The notes beneath the pieces are model-generated. The model had not been told where the DNA came from, did no database searches, and saw only the letters and a list, made by a program, of their open reading frames with translations. Shown one piece after another: positions 27,647-37,270 of a stretch of DNA of 64,000 nt (positions are counted from its first letter, which is position 1; the number at the start of each line of letters is the position of its first letter). Position numbers and translations under genes: made by a program. Source of the stretch: Candidatus Omnitrophota bacterium. GTDB taxonomy: Bacteria > Omnitrophota > Omnitrophia > Omnitrophales > Aquincolibacteriaceae. The stretch is from assembly GCA_003140935.1 (NCBI GenBank), contig PLLJ01000021.1, positions 4,555-68,554 on the forward strand, given 5' to 3'.

Positions 27647-28138
27647 ATGGATCCATTCCAAAACAATAAAGACGAAGATGCCGCGAAGTTTTTGCGGGAA
27701 GCTTACGAGATGCAAATGTCCGGGAAGGTGGATCTGGCCATCGATCTTTATCTCAAATCCCTTGCCGCTCAGCCTACGGCCGAGGCGCACACCTGTCTGG
27801 GATGGGCGTATAGCGTCAAGGGACGGTACGGGGACGCGATCCGGGAATGCGAAAAGGCTGTCCGTTTGGATCCGGGATATGGAAATCCCTACAATGATAT
27901 CGGGGCGTACATGATCGAGACAGGACGATTGGAAGAAGCGATCCCATGGCTTGAAAAGGCGACCACAGCCGAACGTTATGACGGAAGATTTTATGCTTGG
28001 TATAACCTAGGACGCGTCTGGGAACGCCAGGGCGATTGGGCCAGGGCGCTTGAGGCCTACCGTCACGCTCTCGAGCAAAACCCCGAGTACTCTCTGGCGG
28101 CAAAAGCCATTTCAAGAATGCAAGCGATGCTCAATTGA
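27647..28138 (+). CDS. Tetratricopeptide repeat protein
   Basis: Repeated A/Y/W-x-x-G TPR-like helical pairs (AHTCLGWAYSVKGRYGDAIRECEKAVRLDP, ARALEAYRHALEQNP). Confidence 0.7.
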   Translation: MDPFQNNKDEDAAKFLREAYEMQMSGKVDLAIDLYLKSLAAQPTAEAHTCLGWAYSVKGRYGDAIRECEKAVRLDPGYGNPYNDIGAYMIETGRLEEAIPWLEKATTAERYDGRFYAWYNLGRVWERQGDWARALEAYRHALEQNPEYSLAAKAISRMQAMLN

Positions 28139-28220
28139 GCGCGCGGGACTCGTAGCTCGGGACTAGGGACTCGTAAAAACAAGCAACCTGCCCGAGTCCC
28201 TAGGAACGAGTCCCGCAAAA
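28139..28220. repeat. Palindromic intergenic repeat element, copy A (GGGACTCG / CGAGTCCC arms)
   Basis: cgcgggactcgtagctcgggactagggactcg...cccgagtccctaggaacgagtcccgc lies between convergent genes. It is clearly homologous to the 40551-40640 element. Confidence 0.6.
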
Positions 28221-28223
28221 AAT

Positions 28224-28805
28224 TTACCCCTGTAAATTTTTTGAAACAAACTCCCAATTCACCAGATTCCAGAACGCCTCCACGTATTTCGCGCGGGCGT
28301 TCCGGTAATCGATGTAGTAGGCATGTTCCCATACATCGCAAGTTAGAAGGGGCGTTTGACCGTTCACGAGGGGATTGCCGGCATTCGACATGGATTCGAT
28401 CCCGATCGTGCCGTCCTCATCTTTGACCAGCCATGCCCAACCGGATCCGAAGAGGCCGACCGCCATGTTCGTAAAAAGCGTTTTAAACTCCTCAAAACTT
28501 CCGAAGGAGGCATTGATCGCTTCGAGTAAAGTGCCGGTGGGAAGTCCGCCGCCTTGGGGTTTCAGGCAGTGCCAGTAAAACGTGTGGTTCCAGACCTGTG
28601 CGGCGTTATTGAAGACGGGTCCCTTGGCGGTTTTGATGATCTCTTCAAGGGATTTACCACCTTCGGGTTTTCCTTCCGTCAGCTTATTGAGATTCGTGAC
28701 ATAAGCCTGGTGATGTTTGCCGTAATGATATTCGAGCGTTTCTTTACTGATATGCGGGGCGAGGGCGTCCCAGGCATAGGGAAGTTCTGGAAGTGTGAAT
28801 GGCAT
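28224..28805 (-). CDS. Fe/Mn superoxide dismutase
   Basis: MPFTLPELPYAWDALAPHISKETLEYHYGKHH..., DVWEHAYY. Start chosen at MPFT (ATG at 28805) because it has a perfect AGGAGG Shine-Dalgarno upstream (28808-28817 on the + strand as cctcct). Confidence 0.9.
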   Translation of the reverse strand: MPFTLPELPYAWDALAPHISKETLEYHYGKHHQAYVTNLNKLTEGKPEGGKSLEEIIKTAKGPVFNNAAQVWNHTFYWHCLKPQGGGLPTGTLLEAINASFGSFEEFKTLFTNMAVGLFGSGWAWLVKDEDGTIGIESMSNAGNPLVNGQTPLLTCDVWEHAYYIDYRNARAKYVEAFWNLVNWEFVSKNLQG

Positions 28806-28936
28806 GATATTTCCTCCTATTTGTTTATGATTCTCATTTAAGGTCTTCATTATATCACGAGATATTCACCTGCCAAGCAAGGACGATTTTTCTCAAGTCT
28901 CTGGCCTGGGGTCTGCAGAGAGGCTATAATCCTGTC

Positions 28937-30685
28937 ATGTTGCAAACAGACCGGAAAAAATTTCTTCCTATATCCAAACAAGATCTTGCGGAACGAGGCT
29001 GGGATGCGTGCGACATCGTCCTGGTGACGGGGGACGCGTACGTGGATCATCCTTCCTATGGCGCGGCGATCATCGGACGGGTCCTCGAAGACGCAGGGTA
29101 CAAGGTCGGGATCATTGCGCAGCCCGATTGGAAGACCGCCGAAGACTTTCTCGCGCTTGGGCGTCCCAGGCTTTTTTTCGGGATCACGGCCGGCAATCTC
29201 GATTCCATGGTGAGCCATTACACCGCAAGCAAAAAACCGCGCCGTACGGATGATTATTCGCCGGGGGGCCGCCCGGGTCTCAGGCCCAATCGCGCGACGA
29301 TCGTTTATGCCAATAAAATAAAAGAACTTTTTCCCGGCGTGCCGGTGGTGATTGGCGGTGTCGAGGCGAGCCTCCGGCGCCTCTCGCATTTTGATTATTG
29401 GACGGAGGACGTGCGCCGCTCGATCCTTCTGGACGCAAAAGCGGACATCCTGGTTTACGGCATGGGCGAAAGCCAGGTCCGGGAGATCGCAAGGCGCCTT
29501 TATGACGGAGAGGACGTTAAAAAACTGAAAGATATCCGGGGTACGGCGATCCTCCGAAGTCACAGCGAAGGCTTTGAGGGCGCGGTCCCGTTGCCTTCTT
29601 TTGAAGAAACGAGCACTGATAAGGATAAGTTCAATGAGGCATTCAAGCTCGCGTACCTGGAAGGGGACCCGGTGCGAGGGAAGCCCGTGATCCAGAAACA
29701 CGGTACCCGTTTCGTGATCCAAGAGCCGCCCGCGTTGCCGCTTACGACGGCTGAGATCGATCATTTTTACGGCCTGCCCTTCACTCGCGAATGGCATCCG
29801 GTTTATGAAAAGGCGGGGGGTGTCCCGGGATTCGAAACGGTACGTTTTTCCATCACGGGGCATCGAGGCTGCGCCGGAGAATGCAATTTTTGTTCCCTTT
29901 TTGCGCATCAGGGGCGGATGATCCAAAGCCGTAGCAAAGAATCGATCTTAGAAGAGGTTCGGACCTTGGCTCGCAAGCCAAGGTTCAAAGGCACGATCAC
30001 TGACATCGGGGGTCCGACCGCCAATCTCTACGGAGCTACATGCGAGCAATGGGAACATTCGGGCGCCTGTAGGACGAAGCAATGCATGATGCCCGTGAAA
30101 TGCAAAAGCCTGAAGTTCGGGTACGAAAAGTCCATCGAACTCTGGAAAGAAGTTCTGGCCGTTCCGAAGGTAAAGCATCTTTTTATTCAAAGCGGCCTCC
30201 GGTATGACCTGCTTGTGGAAAAGGAATCCGACGCATACCTCGAAGCGCTTTGTAAGAGCCACGTGAGCGGACAATTGAAGGTTGCCCCCGAACATGCTTC
30301 GGATGCCGCGCTCAGAATGATGAATAAACCACCGCTCGAGGTCTATGAGCGGTTTGCCGGGCGATTTAAGGCCATGAACCGGAAAGCCGGCAAAGAACAG
30401 TATCTTGTGAATTATTTCATCAGTGCGCATCCGGGGTGCGCGGACGGGGATGCCAGGAAGCTTGCCGCGTATTTATCGGCGAAACACATGCACCCGGAGC
30501 AGGTGCAGGATTTTATGCCGCTTCCCATGACTCTTTCGACCTGCATGTATTACACGGGCAAGCATCCAATGACCGGTGAAAGGGTCGTGACCGCCAAAAC
30601 TTACAAAGAACGGCAAGCTCAACGAGAATGGATCCAACCGAAACAAAAGATAACTTTTGCGCAACGCATAACAAAAAGACGTTGA
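28937..30685 (+). CDS. YgiQ family radical SAM protein (UPF0313)
   Basis: N-terminal DIVLVTGDAYVDHPSYG, radical SAM cluster motif GCAGECNFCS, 582 aa. Architecture typical of YgiQ. Confidence 0.8.
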   Translation: MLQTDRKKFLPISKQDLAERGWDACDIVLVTGDAYVDHPSYGAAIIGRVLEDAGYKVGIIAQPDWKTAEDFLALGRPRLFFGITAGNLDSMVSHYTASKKPRRTDDYSPGGRPGLRPNRATIVYANKIKELFPGVPVVIGGVEASLRRLSHFDYWTEDVRRSILLDAKADILVYGMGESQVREIARRLYDGEDVKKLKDIRGTAILRSHSEGFEGAVPLPSFEETSTDKDKFNEAFKLAYLEGDPVRGKPVIQKHGTRFVIQEPPALPLTTAEIDHFYGLPFTREWHPVYEKAGGVPGFETVRFSITGHRGCAGECNFCSLFAHQGRMIQSRSKESILEEVRTLARKPRFKGTITDIGGPTANLYGATCEQWEHSGACRTKQCMMPVKCKSLKFGYEKSIELWKEVLAVPKVKHLFIQSGLRYDLLVEKESDAYLEALCKSHVSGQLKVAPEHASDAALRMMNKPPLEVYERFAGRFKAMNRKAGKEQYLVNYFISAHPGCADGDARKLAAYLSAKHMHPEQVQDFMPLPMTLSTCMYYTGKHPMTGERVVTAKTYKERQAQREWIQPKQKITFAQRITKRR

Positions 30686-30714
30686 CCTTAGGCTGTTGCA
30701 CGCGAGGAGAGATT

Positions 30715-31905
30715 ATGGCTCAGCATGATGTGATCATCATTGGAGGCGGCGCAGCGGGAATGATGGCGGCGATCACCGCCAAGCGGCGCGGCGCGTCGGT
30801 CCTTATGTGCGAAAAAATGCCGAAACTCGGGAAAAAACTGCTCATCACGGGCGCGGGCCGATGCAACCTCTCGAACGATGTCCTCGATGCTTCTTTTTAT
30901 AATCCGGGAAGCCAAGCGCTTGTTCGTTCGGTGCTGGGCCAGTTTGGGAAAGAGGCCGTATTCAGATTTTTCAAAGAACTGGGCCTCGCGACTTATGCGG
31001 ACGAGGCGGGCCGGATCTTTCCGGTGACGAATCAGGCGGCCTCGGTGCTTAAAGTGCTTGAGATGGAGCTTGAGAGGCTCAAGGTGACGATCGATCTTGG
31101 CTGCGAGATAAAAAATATCCGTGTCGTAAAAAATGGATTTGAGATCTCGGCGGGGAGCGGAGAACGGGAAACCGGCCTCAAAATCATCTTGTGCGCCGGA
31201 GGGAAATCTTATCCGGCGCTGGGGGCGGACGGGAACGGCTACGCGCTTGCCGCGATGTTCGGACACAAGATCATTGAGCCGGTACCGAGCACCGTGCCTT
31301 TGCTCGTGAAAGATCCGTGGTGCCACGCGCTTCAGGGACAGAAGCTCCGGGTTTCCGTGACAAGCCGCATTCGCGGGAAAGAGGTTCGCACGGCTTCCGG
31401 CGAGCTTTTATTCACCCAATACGGACTTTCCGGCACGGCGGTTCTGGATGTAAGCGATGAGATCTCGATCGCTTTGAATCGCGATCATGAGGCGAGTGTT
31501 TCTGTGATCGTGGACCTCCTTCCTTTCATGGATGAAAAAGAACTGACCGCGGAATTGTCCGGAAAATTGGCGAAAGGCATCGCCTGCGAAAACCTTGTGG
31601 AAGGGCTGTTGCCTCATAAACTATCCGGCCTGCTTCGCGAAACGTTGCACGGTTCCGACGTTGCCGCGATCACGAGACTCCTCAAGCGTAAAGAATTCAA
31701 GGTGATCGGCACACGCGGCTGGAACGAGGCGGAATTCACGGCGGGCGGGATCCCGGTGGAGGAAGCGGATCCTTTGACACTGGAGTCCAAGCTCCAAAAA
31801 GGTCTTTATTTTGCCGGAGAAGTGCTCGACGTGCAAGGACGGCGGGGCGGTTATAATCTCGCTTGGGCCTGGGCCAGCGGCGCGGTGGCCGGGAAAACGG
31901 CCTAG
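30715..31905 (+). CDS. NAD(P)/FAD-binding flavoprotein, HI0933/BaiN (aminoacetone oxidase) family
   Basis: Start at MAQHDVIIIGGGAAGMMAAI (Rossmann GxGxxG) with GAGGAG upstream. C-terminal GRRGGYNLAWAWASG is typical of the HI0933 family. Confidence 0.75.
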   Translation: MAQHDVIIIGGGAAGMMAAITAKRRGASVLMCEKMPKLGKKLLITGAGRCNLSNDVLDASFYNPGSQALVRSVLGQFGKEAVFRFFKELGLATYADEAGRIFPVTNQAASVLKVLEMELERLKVTIDLGCEIKNIRVVKNGFEISAGSGERETGLKIILCAGGKSYPALGADGNGYALAAMFGHKIIEPVPSTVPLLVKDPWCHALQGQKLRVSVTSRIRGKEVRTASGELLFTQYGLSGTAVLDVSDEISIALNRDHEASVSVIVDLLPFMDEKELTAELSGKLAKGIACENLVEGLLPHKLSGLLRETLHGSDVAAITRLLKRKEFKVIGTRGWNEAEFTAGGIPVEEADPLTLESKLQKGLYFAGEVLDVQGRRGGYNLAWAWASGAVAGKTA

Positions 31906-33071
31906 ATTTTAGTCAGCCAGGCAAGCACTTCAATGTGCTTGGTGCGTGGGAACATGTCGAAGGGAACGACTTCCCGGATCTTGTAGCGGCCCGCGGCGAG
32001 GATCTGTTTCAGATCCCTCAAAAGGATCTGAAGATCGCAGGCAAGATAAAGGATGTTCTCCCCGACGTCTTCCTTGGCCAAAAAATCAGCAAGGGACGAC
32101 GCGATCCCTTGCCGCGGCGGATCCATGAATACCAATGTTCCGGGCCTGGGATTGCGAACGATAAAGCGCGGAAAGGTTTTTTCGACCTTTCCCGAGAAAA
32201 TACCCGCCAGAGGCAATTCCAATTCCCTGACATTCCTCCTGAGGCAACCCGTGCTATAAGGGCTGTCTTCAAAACAGTGGACTTCGGGCACGCCGCGGGC
32301 TACGAGAAGCGGGAAAGTCCCGACGCCGGCGTAAAGATCCAGGAACCGGGAGGGTTTTAAGACCGCGAGATACTCAGCCAATTTTTTCGCGATAAGTTCC
32401 GTCACTTCGATATTATTCTGGAAAAATCCCATGGAGCTCGTCCAGAGTGACAGGCCGCCGATACGGACGCGATAAAGTTTTTCCTCGTCACTCGTGAAGA
32501 TCCGTCCCTTTTCGTCCAGCTTGAAACCTCTTTTTTCCTCACGACGGTTAAGTTTATGCTCGGTGGTAAAGATCTCCTTAAGCCAATCATCCGCGAGCAT
32601 GCAATAATCGATCAAGACCTTGGAATAATTGTCATGGCCGATGAAACCGAGACGTTGGGGCTTATGGTTCTTTTCCGTGGTGCGGTGGATCGTGATGCTC
32701 GTCCGGTAGCCGTATTCCCTGGAGCCCTGCTGGATCGGAAGAATGGGGATATCCTCGGCCTTGAACGCTTGCGCGAAACTTTCACGCACCTGGCGTTCTT
32801 TCCATTTTAATTCCTCGGAGTAGGGAAGATCCTGATACTGGCAGCCGCCGCAGCGTTCGATATAAGGACATGGCGCAGGGATGCGGTTGGGAGAAGCCTC
32901 CAGAACGCGGATGAGCTTTGCTTTCATGAAGTTAGGCTTGTCGCTTAAGATCCGCGCGAGGACCTTTTCGCCCGGGAGGGCCCGCTCGACGAAGCAGGCT
33001 TTTCCGTCGACGAATCCCAGGCCGTCGCCTCCGAACACCAGTTTTTCGATCTTGAGTTCAATGTCCATCAA
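31902..33071 (-). CDS. 23S rRNA (uracil-C5)-methyltransferase RlmD/RumA family (TRAM + Fe-S + class I MTase)
   Basis: N-terminal TRAM-like GGDGLGFVDGKACFVERALPGE, Cys cluster CPYIERCGGCQYQ, MTase motifs DLYAGVGTF and later MDPPR. Confidence 0.75.
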   Translation of the reverse strand: MMDIELKIEKLVFGGDGLGFVDGKACFVERALPGEKVLARILSDKPNFMKAKLIRVLEASPNRIPAPCPYIERCGGCQYQDLPYSEELKWKERQVRESFAQAFKAEDIPILPIQQGSREYGYRTSITIHRTTEKNHKPQRLGFIGHDNYSKVLIDYCMLADDWLKEIFTTEHKLNRREEKRGFKLDEKGRIFTSDEEKLYRVRIGGLSLWTSSMGFFQNNIEVTELIAKKLAEYLAVLKPSRFLDLYAGVGTFPLLVARGVPEVHCFEDSPYSTGCLRRNVRELELPLAGIFSGKVEKTFPRFIVRNPRPGTLVFMDPPRQGIASSLADFLAKEDVGENILYLACDLQILLRDLKQILAAGRYKIREVVPFDMFPRTKHIEVLAWLTKI

Positions 33072-33985
33072 GCCGTCCGGAGATTGTCGGGTTTATTTTT
33101 CCACCGGCGATGACCCCAAAGCCATTGCTCGGGATGCGCCAGTATCTGGCGCTCAAGGACCTGGTTGAGGTCTTTCGTGACCGTATTTTCCCATCCTGGT
33201 TGTTCCATATCATGAGGAATGGGTTTTTCGATATAGATCTCATAATGTCCCGGGGCTTTTCGGAGACAATATGCAGAAACGAGCGAGCAACCGGTCTTCT
33301 CGGAGAGCCGGGCGGGGATCGAAGTAGTCGAAGTCTTGGTGTCAAAGAAATCGACCCAAAGACCTTCATTGCCGGCCCACTGGTCGACCAAGATGGCGAC
33401 TCCGTGGCCGGCTTTAAGTTCCTGAAAAATGGTCCTGACCGAGCTGTCTTTTGAGATCGGATTAACGGTCATAACGCGGCGCATCGCGTCGATCGCCTTA
33501 TTCAGATAGGGGTTTTTGATGTTTTTGACCACGACCGACCACGGCCGTTTTGTAAAGTAGGGGAGGAATGAAAGATATTCCCAGGAACCCAGATGGGAAA
33601 TGACCAGCACAACGCCGTGCTCTTTCGAAAAAGCTTCTTCCAGGAATTCGTTCCCGAAGAGCTTGAAGCGCGTGGCCGCCTCTTTTTTGATCTTTTCAAC
33701 CGTGAAAAGTTCCATCATGGAAAGCGCGGCGCTTTGAAATGCGGAGCGCGCGATTTCTTTTTTTCTTCGCTCCGGGAGGGAAGCTCCGAGGGCAGTCGCG
33801 ATATTTTCAAGCGCGATCTTGCGGCGCTTTCCCAAGATCCAGTAGGATAAAGTCCCGAATCCGCAGGCGATCCTGTGTGAAACCTCCACCGGAAGCGCTG
33901 TTGCAAGCAGGGCTAAAAAACGGACGATGAGATACTGAAGCCAATAGCTTAAAGAAGGTTTTTTGTGCATGGGGCATCCTAGCAT
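33068..33985 (-). CDS. Lysophospholipid/lipid A acyltransferase (LpxL/HtrB-like)
   Basis: N-terminal membrane helix, HLGSWE (HX4D/E-type acyltransferase motif variant), ~305 aa. Overlaps the upstream gene by 4 nt. Confidence 0.65.
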   Translation of the reverse strand: MLGCPMHKKPSLSYWLQYLIVRFLALLATALPVEVSHRIACGFGTLSYWILGKRRKIALENIATALGASLPERRKKEIARSAFQSAALSMMELFTVEKIKKEAATRFKLFGNEFLEEAFSKEHGVVLVISHLGSWEYLSFLPYFTKRPWSVVVKNIKNPYLNKAIDAMRRVMTVNPISKDSSVRTIFQELKAGHGVAILVDQWAGNEGLWVDFFDTKTSTTSIPARLSEKTGCSLVSAYCLRKAPGHYEIYIEKPIPHDMEQPGWENTVTKDLNQVLERQILAHPEQWLWGHRRWKNKPDNLRTA

Positions 33986-34084
33986 AAAATTTTAAAAAAG
34001 AAACGGCGTCCTTTTTTAAAACAAAATAACGAAGAGTAAATAGCGGAAAACCAAAAACCCCATAGGTCATCCGTCATTCGATTT

Positions 34085-35200
34085 TTAGAAAATCTCTCGC
34101 AGGAGATATTCGACGTCGTCCCGGGTGACGGGCTTGGGGTTCGCGGCGGTGGAACCGGAATGGAGCGTCTCGGAAATGATTTTTTCTTTGTCGAGCAGAG
34201 GCTTCCCTTTAAAAGGGGAAACGATCTTGAGCGTTTTTTGGAGTTCATGGATTTTTTGGAGAAGGTCCATACCGACGGCTTGGCTCATAATAGAATATTT
34301 CTGATTCCCCATAGCCTCAAGATTGAGTTTGATGGAAGGCGCAAAACAGACCGAACAGATCAGCCCGTGCGGGACATTGTAGAGCACGCCCAAGGGATGC
34401 GCGAGACCGTGGATCACGCCGAGCCGTGAATGAGAAAAGGCGACTCCGGAGAAAAAACTTCCAAGCATGAGCCCGCTGAGATCTTCGTCGCGGCCTGCGT
34501 TAAGCGCCGGCACCAAGTGACGGCTGATCAGCTGAATTGCTTTGAGCGCGAAGTTTTCGCTGAACCAAGTTGCGTTCTTTGAGATGAACGATTCATATGC
34601 CTGGACCCAGGCATCCATCCCCGAATGGCACATGACGGCGAACGGCAGGCCCCTGAGAAGGTCCGGGTCGAGAAGGACCTTGCGCGCAAGAAAATCTTTG
34701 TGGCGGATGGAGAGCTTCACTTTTTTTTCCGGATTGATGATCACAGAATTAAGAGATGCTTCCGAGCCGCTGCCCGCGGTCGTTGGAACCGCGACGAACG
34801 GGATCCCCGGCCTCTCAAGCGCCCCCCCTTCCTGATAATAGACCGGTTTTTCTTTGGCGTGGAAAAGTCCGGCTGCGGCCTTGGCAAGGTCGAGGACGCT
34901 GCCGCCGCCGATCCCGACAATCCATTCGATTTTCAAACCCTGTCCTTTTGCGATCACCGAGCTGATCTCATCTAAGGTCGGTTCGCCTTGCGGGCGGCAG
35001 AAGAACTCGATGGAAAGTCCTGCTTTTTTAAAATCGTCCGCGATCTTTTCCTTAAGGTTGTCTTTTTCAAGGGATGTTCCGTGGACGATCATGCCGCGAG
35101 TTCCCAATTCCACGGTTTCCTTGGCGAGGTCTGAAAGTCCACCTTTTTTAAAGAGGACTTTGGCCGGAAGAAAAGTTTCCTGCGGGAAGATGGGATGCAT
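34085..35200 (-). CDS. Iron-containing alcohol dehydrogenase family protein
   Basis: GIGGGSVLDLAKAAA (NAD-binding GGGSxxD), His-rich metal site HGLAHPLG, 371 aa. Confidence 0.8.
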   Translation of the reverse strand: MHPIFPQETFLPAKVLFKKGGLSDLAKETVELGTRGMIVHGTSLEKDNLKEKIADDFKKAGLSIEFFCRPQGEPTLDEISSVIAKGQGLKIEWIVGIGGGSVLDLAKAAAGLFHAKEKPVYYQEGGALERPGIPFVAVPTTAGSGSEASLNSVIINPEKKVKLSIRHKDFLARKVLLDPDLLRGLPFAVMCHSGMDAWVQAYESFISKNATWFSENFALKAIQLISRHLVPALNAGRDEDLSGLMLGSFFSGVAFSHSRLGVIHGLAHPLGVLYNVPHGLICSVCFAPSIKLNLEAMGNQKYSIMSQAVGMDLLQKIHELQKTLKIVSPFKGKPLLDKEKIISETLHSGSTAANPKPVTRDDVEYLLREIF

Positions 35201-35547
35201 CAGTATTTGATGATCACGGCGGTGACGACAAGGTCCTCAGCGCCGGTGTTCTTAATCGAATGAGAAGCGCCTTGGCCCGTGAGAATGGCGTCGCCGGTTG
35301 TGACGGGAAATTCCATGCCCCCGTCGGTCATAAGCCCCTGACCTTTTTGGATGAGATAGATCTCGTCTTCACCCACATGGTCGTGAAGACCGATGCTTGC
35401 GCCCGGGGGAAGGATAAGTTCCGCGCAAAGCCGCGTGCGAGCCTTGATCTCTTCGGACTTTAAATAATGACGGACCGTGACCGTGCCCGTGCCACCGCGC
35501 ATATTTTCACGTTTTTCGATCGTTTGAGCACTCTTTTTTTTGATCAT
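35200..35547 (-). CDS. Cupin domain protein
   Basis: Start at MIKKKS. GASIGLHDHVGEDEIYLIQKGQGL is a two-His cupin motif 1; GASHSIKN is motif 2. Confidence 0.65.
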   Translation of the reverse strand: MIKKKSAQTIEKRENMRGGTGTVTVRHYLKSEEIKARTRLCAELILPPGASIGLHDHVGEDEIYLIQKGQGLMTDGGMEFPVTTGDAILTGQGASHSIKNTGAEDLVVTAVIIKY

Positions 35548-35632
35548 TTTAAAATCGCGTTCCTCGGGGAATAAACAACGGGAAACAGAAACAAGCTCAC
35601 ATTCACCGTTAGCAACGGAATGCTTTCCGCGG

Positions 35633-37084
35633 TTATTCTTTAAATAAGAAATTCTTAAAGCACCAGAGATTTTTCTTGTCCAAGTGTGAACTTTGGTTTT
35701 CCTGGAAGAAAACCTGATAATTCTTGAAGGGGGTCCAATCATAAGGCTCTGAGATCACTGTGCCGAGATAAGGTTTCGCGATGGCGAGGATCTCTTTGTG
35801 CGGAAGATCGTCCGGGACCGAGACGCCTTTACTGGGATGTTCGATCATCCACATGGCCGCAGCGACCACGCCGATCGCCACCTGGATCGTGGTGGCGTTC
35901 TGATGCGGGACGAGCTTGCGCGCTTCGTCGATCGTGAGAACGCTTCCGCTCCACCAGGAATTGTATTTATGTCCCATAATCAGGGATCCCAGGATGTCCG
36001 CACCCTTGATGATCTCGTCCGACATGATACGGCATTTAGGTTGAAGCTCGTAATTGCGGCAGCGGAGCTCGTGGATCGAAGACATGGTTTCATTGCACGG
36101 CATATAAACGTAATGAACCGTGGGACGATAGATGGGTTTTCCGTTCTTCCAGACCGTGAGTTTTTCGGAAATGCTGAACGCCTCCCCGTGACGGATCACC
36201 ATGCCGACGATCTCAGAGTTCGGGACCCAGGAGCGCACCCACGTGTTCATACCCATCTGGGAAAGGAAGATCTGGTTCTGGGGGCCATAGTCCGGCACTG
36301 TGGTCAAGGGAGGCAATTCTTTTTCATGCGTGCCCCATCCTATCTCCGAGGGAGAAATCGCTTCTTCCCGGAGACCTTCGATCGACCAAGTCCCGACGAA
36401 TTCATCGACTTCTTTCGGCTGGTCCGTGATCTGGGTGTCGCGTTCGCTCACATGGATCGTTTTCACGCCAAGCTTCATGGCCAGACGGTGGAACTTTTCC
36501 TCGCGGATCAAATGTTCCAGGGATTTCCGGTCTTTTTTGGAAGTGGTCTTATCGCGGGTCACTTTCTCGGCGATGTCGAGAAGCCCCTGCTTTGTGAAAT
36601 GGCTGATGAGCCCGGGGTTGGCGCCGTGGTCCAGCACCGCTGTCGTGGAATCATGCGCCCACTTGGCCGTCATCTTGCGGAGTCCCATCTGCTTGAAATA
36701 AAGCGATTTTTCAAGCGGGGTCTTTTTTTCGATATTGGCGTACGGGTCCCATTCCTCGACGGAGGTGTTCACATAAAGCACCTTGTTATCATGGCACCAG
36801 GAAAGCATGTCGAGCGAGTCGACGTTCCAGGAAAGGTCGATGATCATGCCGCCGGAGGAGACGTATTTGGAAAGCGTCCGTGCGATATTAACGGGATTGA
36901 GTTTTTCCTGGGAGTAACGGACGCCTTTTTTGATCCAAGGCGCGAGTTCCTTACGCTTGTCCGCGAAGTCGAGCACCGTGATGTTCCTGTAAGGGATACG
37001 GATGTGTTCGAGGAGGATCGGCAGGGCGCACTTGCCTACGGAACCAAAACCGATGCAAAGGACTTTTCGTTTGAATTCCAGCAT
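35633..37084 (-). CDS. Saccharopine dehydrogenase-family enzyme, homospermidine synthase-like
   Basis: N-terminal Rossmann VLCIGFGSVGKCALPIL. Its ~480-aa length and layout are typical of bacterial homospermidine synthases rather than ~400-aa carboxynorspermidine dehydrogenases. Confidence 0.5.
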   Translation of the reverse strand: MLEFKRKVLCIGFGSVGKCALPILLEHIRIPYRNITVLDFADKRKELAPWIKKGVRYSQEKLNPVNIARTLSKYVSSGGMIIDLSWNVDSLDMLSWCHDNKVLYVNTSVEEWDPYANIEKKTPLEKSLYFKQMGLRKMTAKWAHDSTTAVLDHGANPGLISHFTKQGLLDIAEKVTRDKTTSKKDRKSLEHLIREEKFHRLAMKLGVKTIHVSERDTQITDQPKEVDEFVGTWSIEGLREEAISPSEIGWGTHEKELPPLTTVPDYGPQNQIFLSQMGMNTWVRSWVPNSEIVGMVIRHGEAFSISEKLTVWKNGKPIYRPTVHYVYMPCNETMSSIHELRCRNYELQPKCRIMSDEIIKGADILGSLIMGHKYNSWWSGSVLTIDEARKLVPHQNATTIQVAIGVVAAAMWMIEHPSKGVSVPDDLPHKEILAIAKPYLGTVISEPYDWTPFKNYQVFFQENQSSHLDKKNLWCFKNFLFKE

Positions 37085-37270
37085 AATCGTTGCCCCTCGT
37101 GAGGAAATTTTCTAATACTCAAAGAACTTTCTGAGATTATAGGGACTCAGGCTTGCCTGGGTCAACTTTTTCTTGCGCCTGATTTTCCATTAAGAAAAAA
37201 ATCGGAAAATCAGTGCAGCCCAAGTCAACATTGATGAAAAGAATAGCAAAGATTTGGGCGGAAAGAGTGC

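Noticed and set aside
28850-29926. 358-aa minus-strand ORF
   Set aside because: Antisense to the YgiQ radical SAM gene, which has clear motifs. It has an Arg-rich composition and no motif.
35798-37102. 434-aa plus-strand ORF
   Set aside because: Antisense to the homospermidine-synthase-like gene. Its R/D/G-rich translation lacks motifs. The minus-strand gene has a Rossmann motif.
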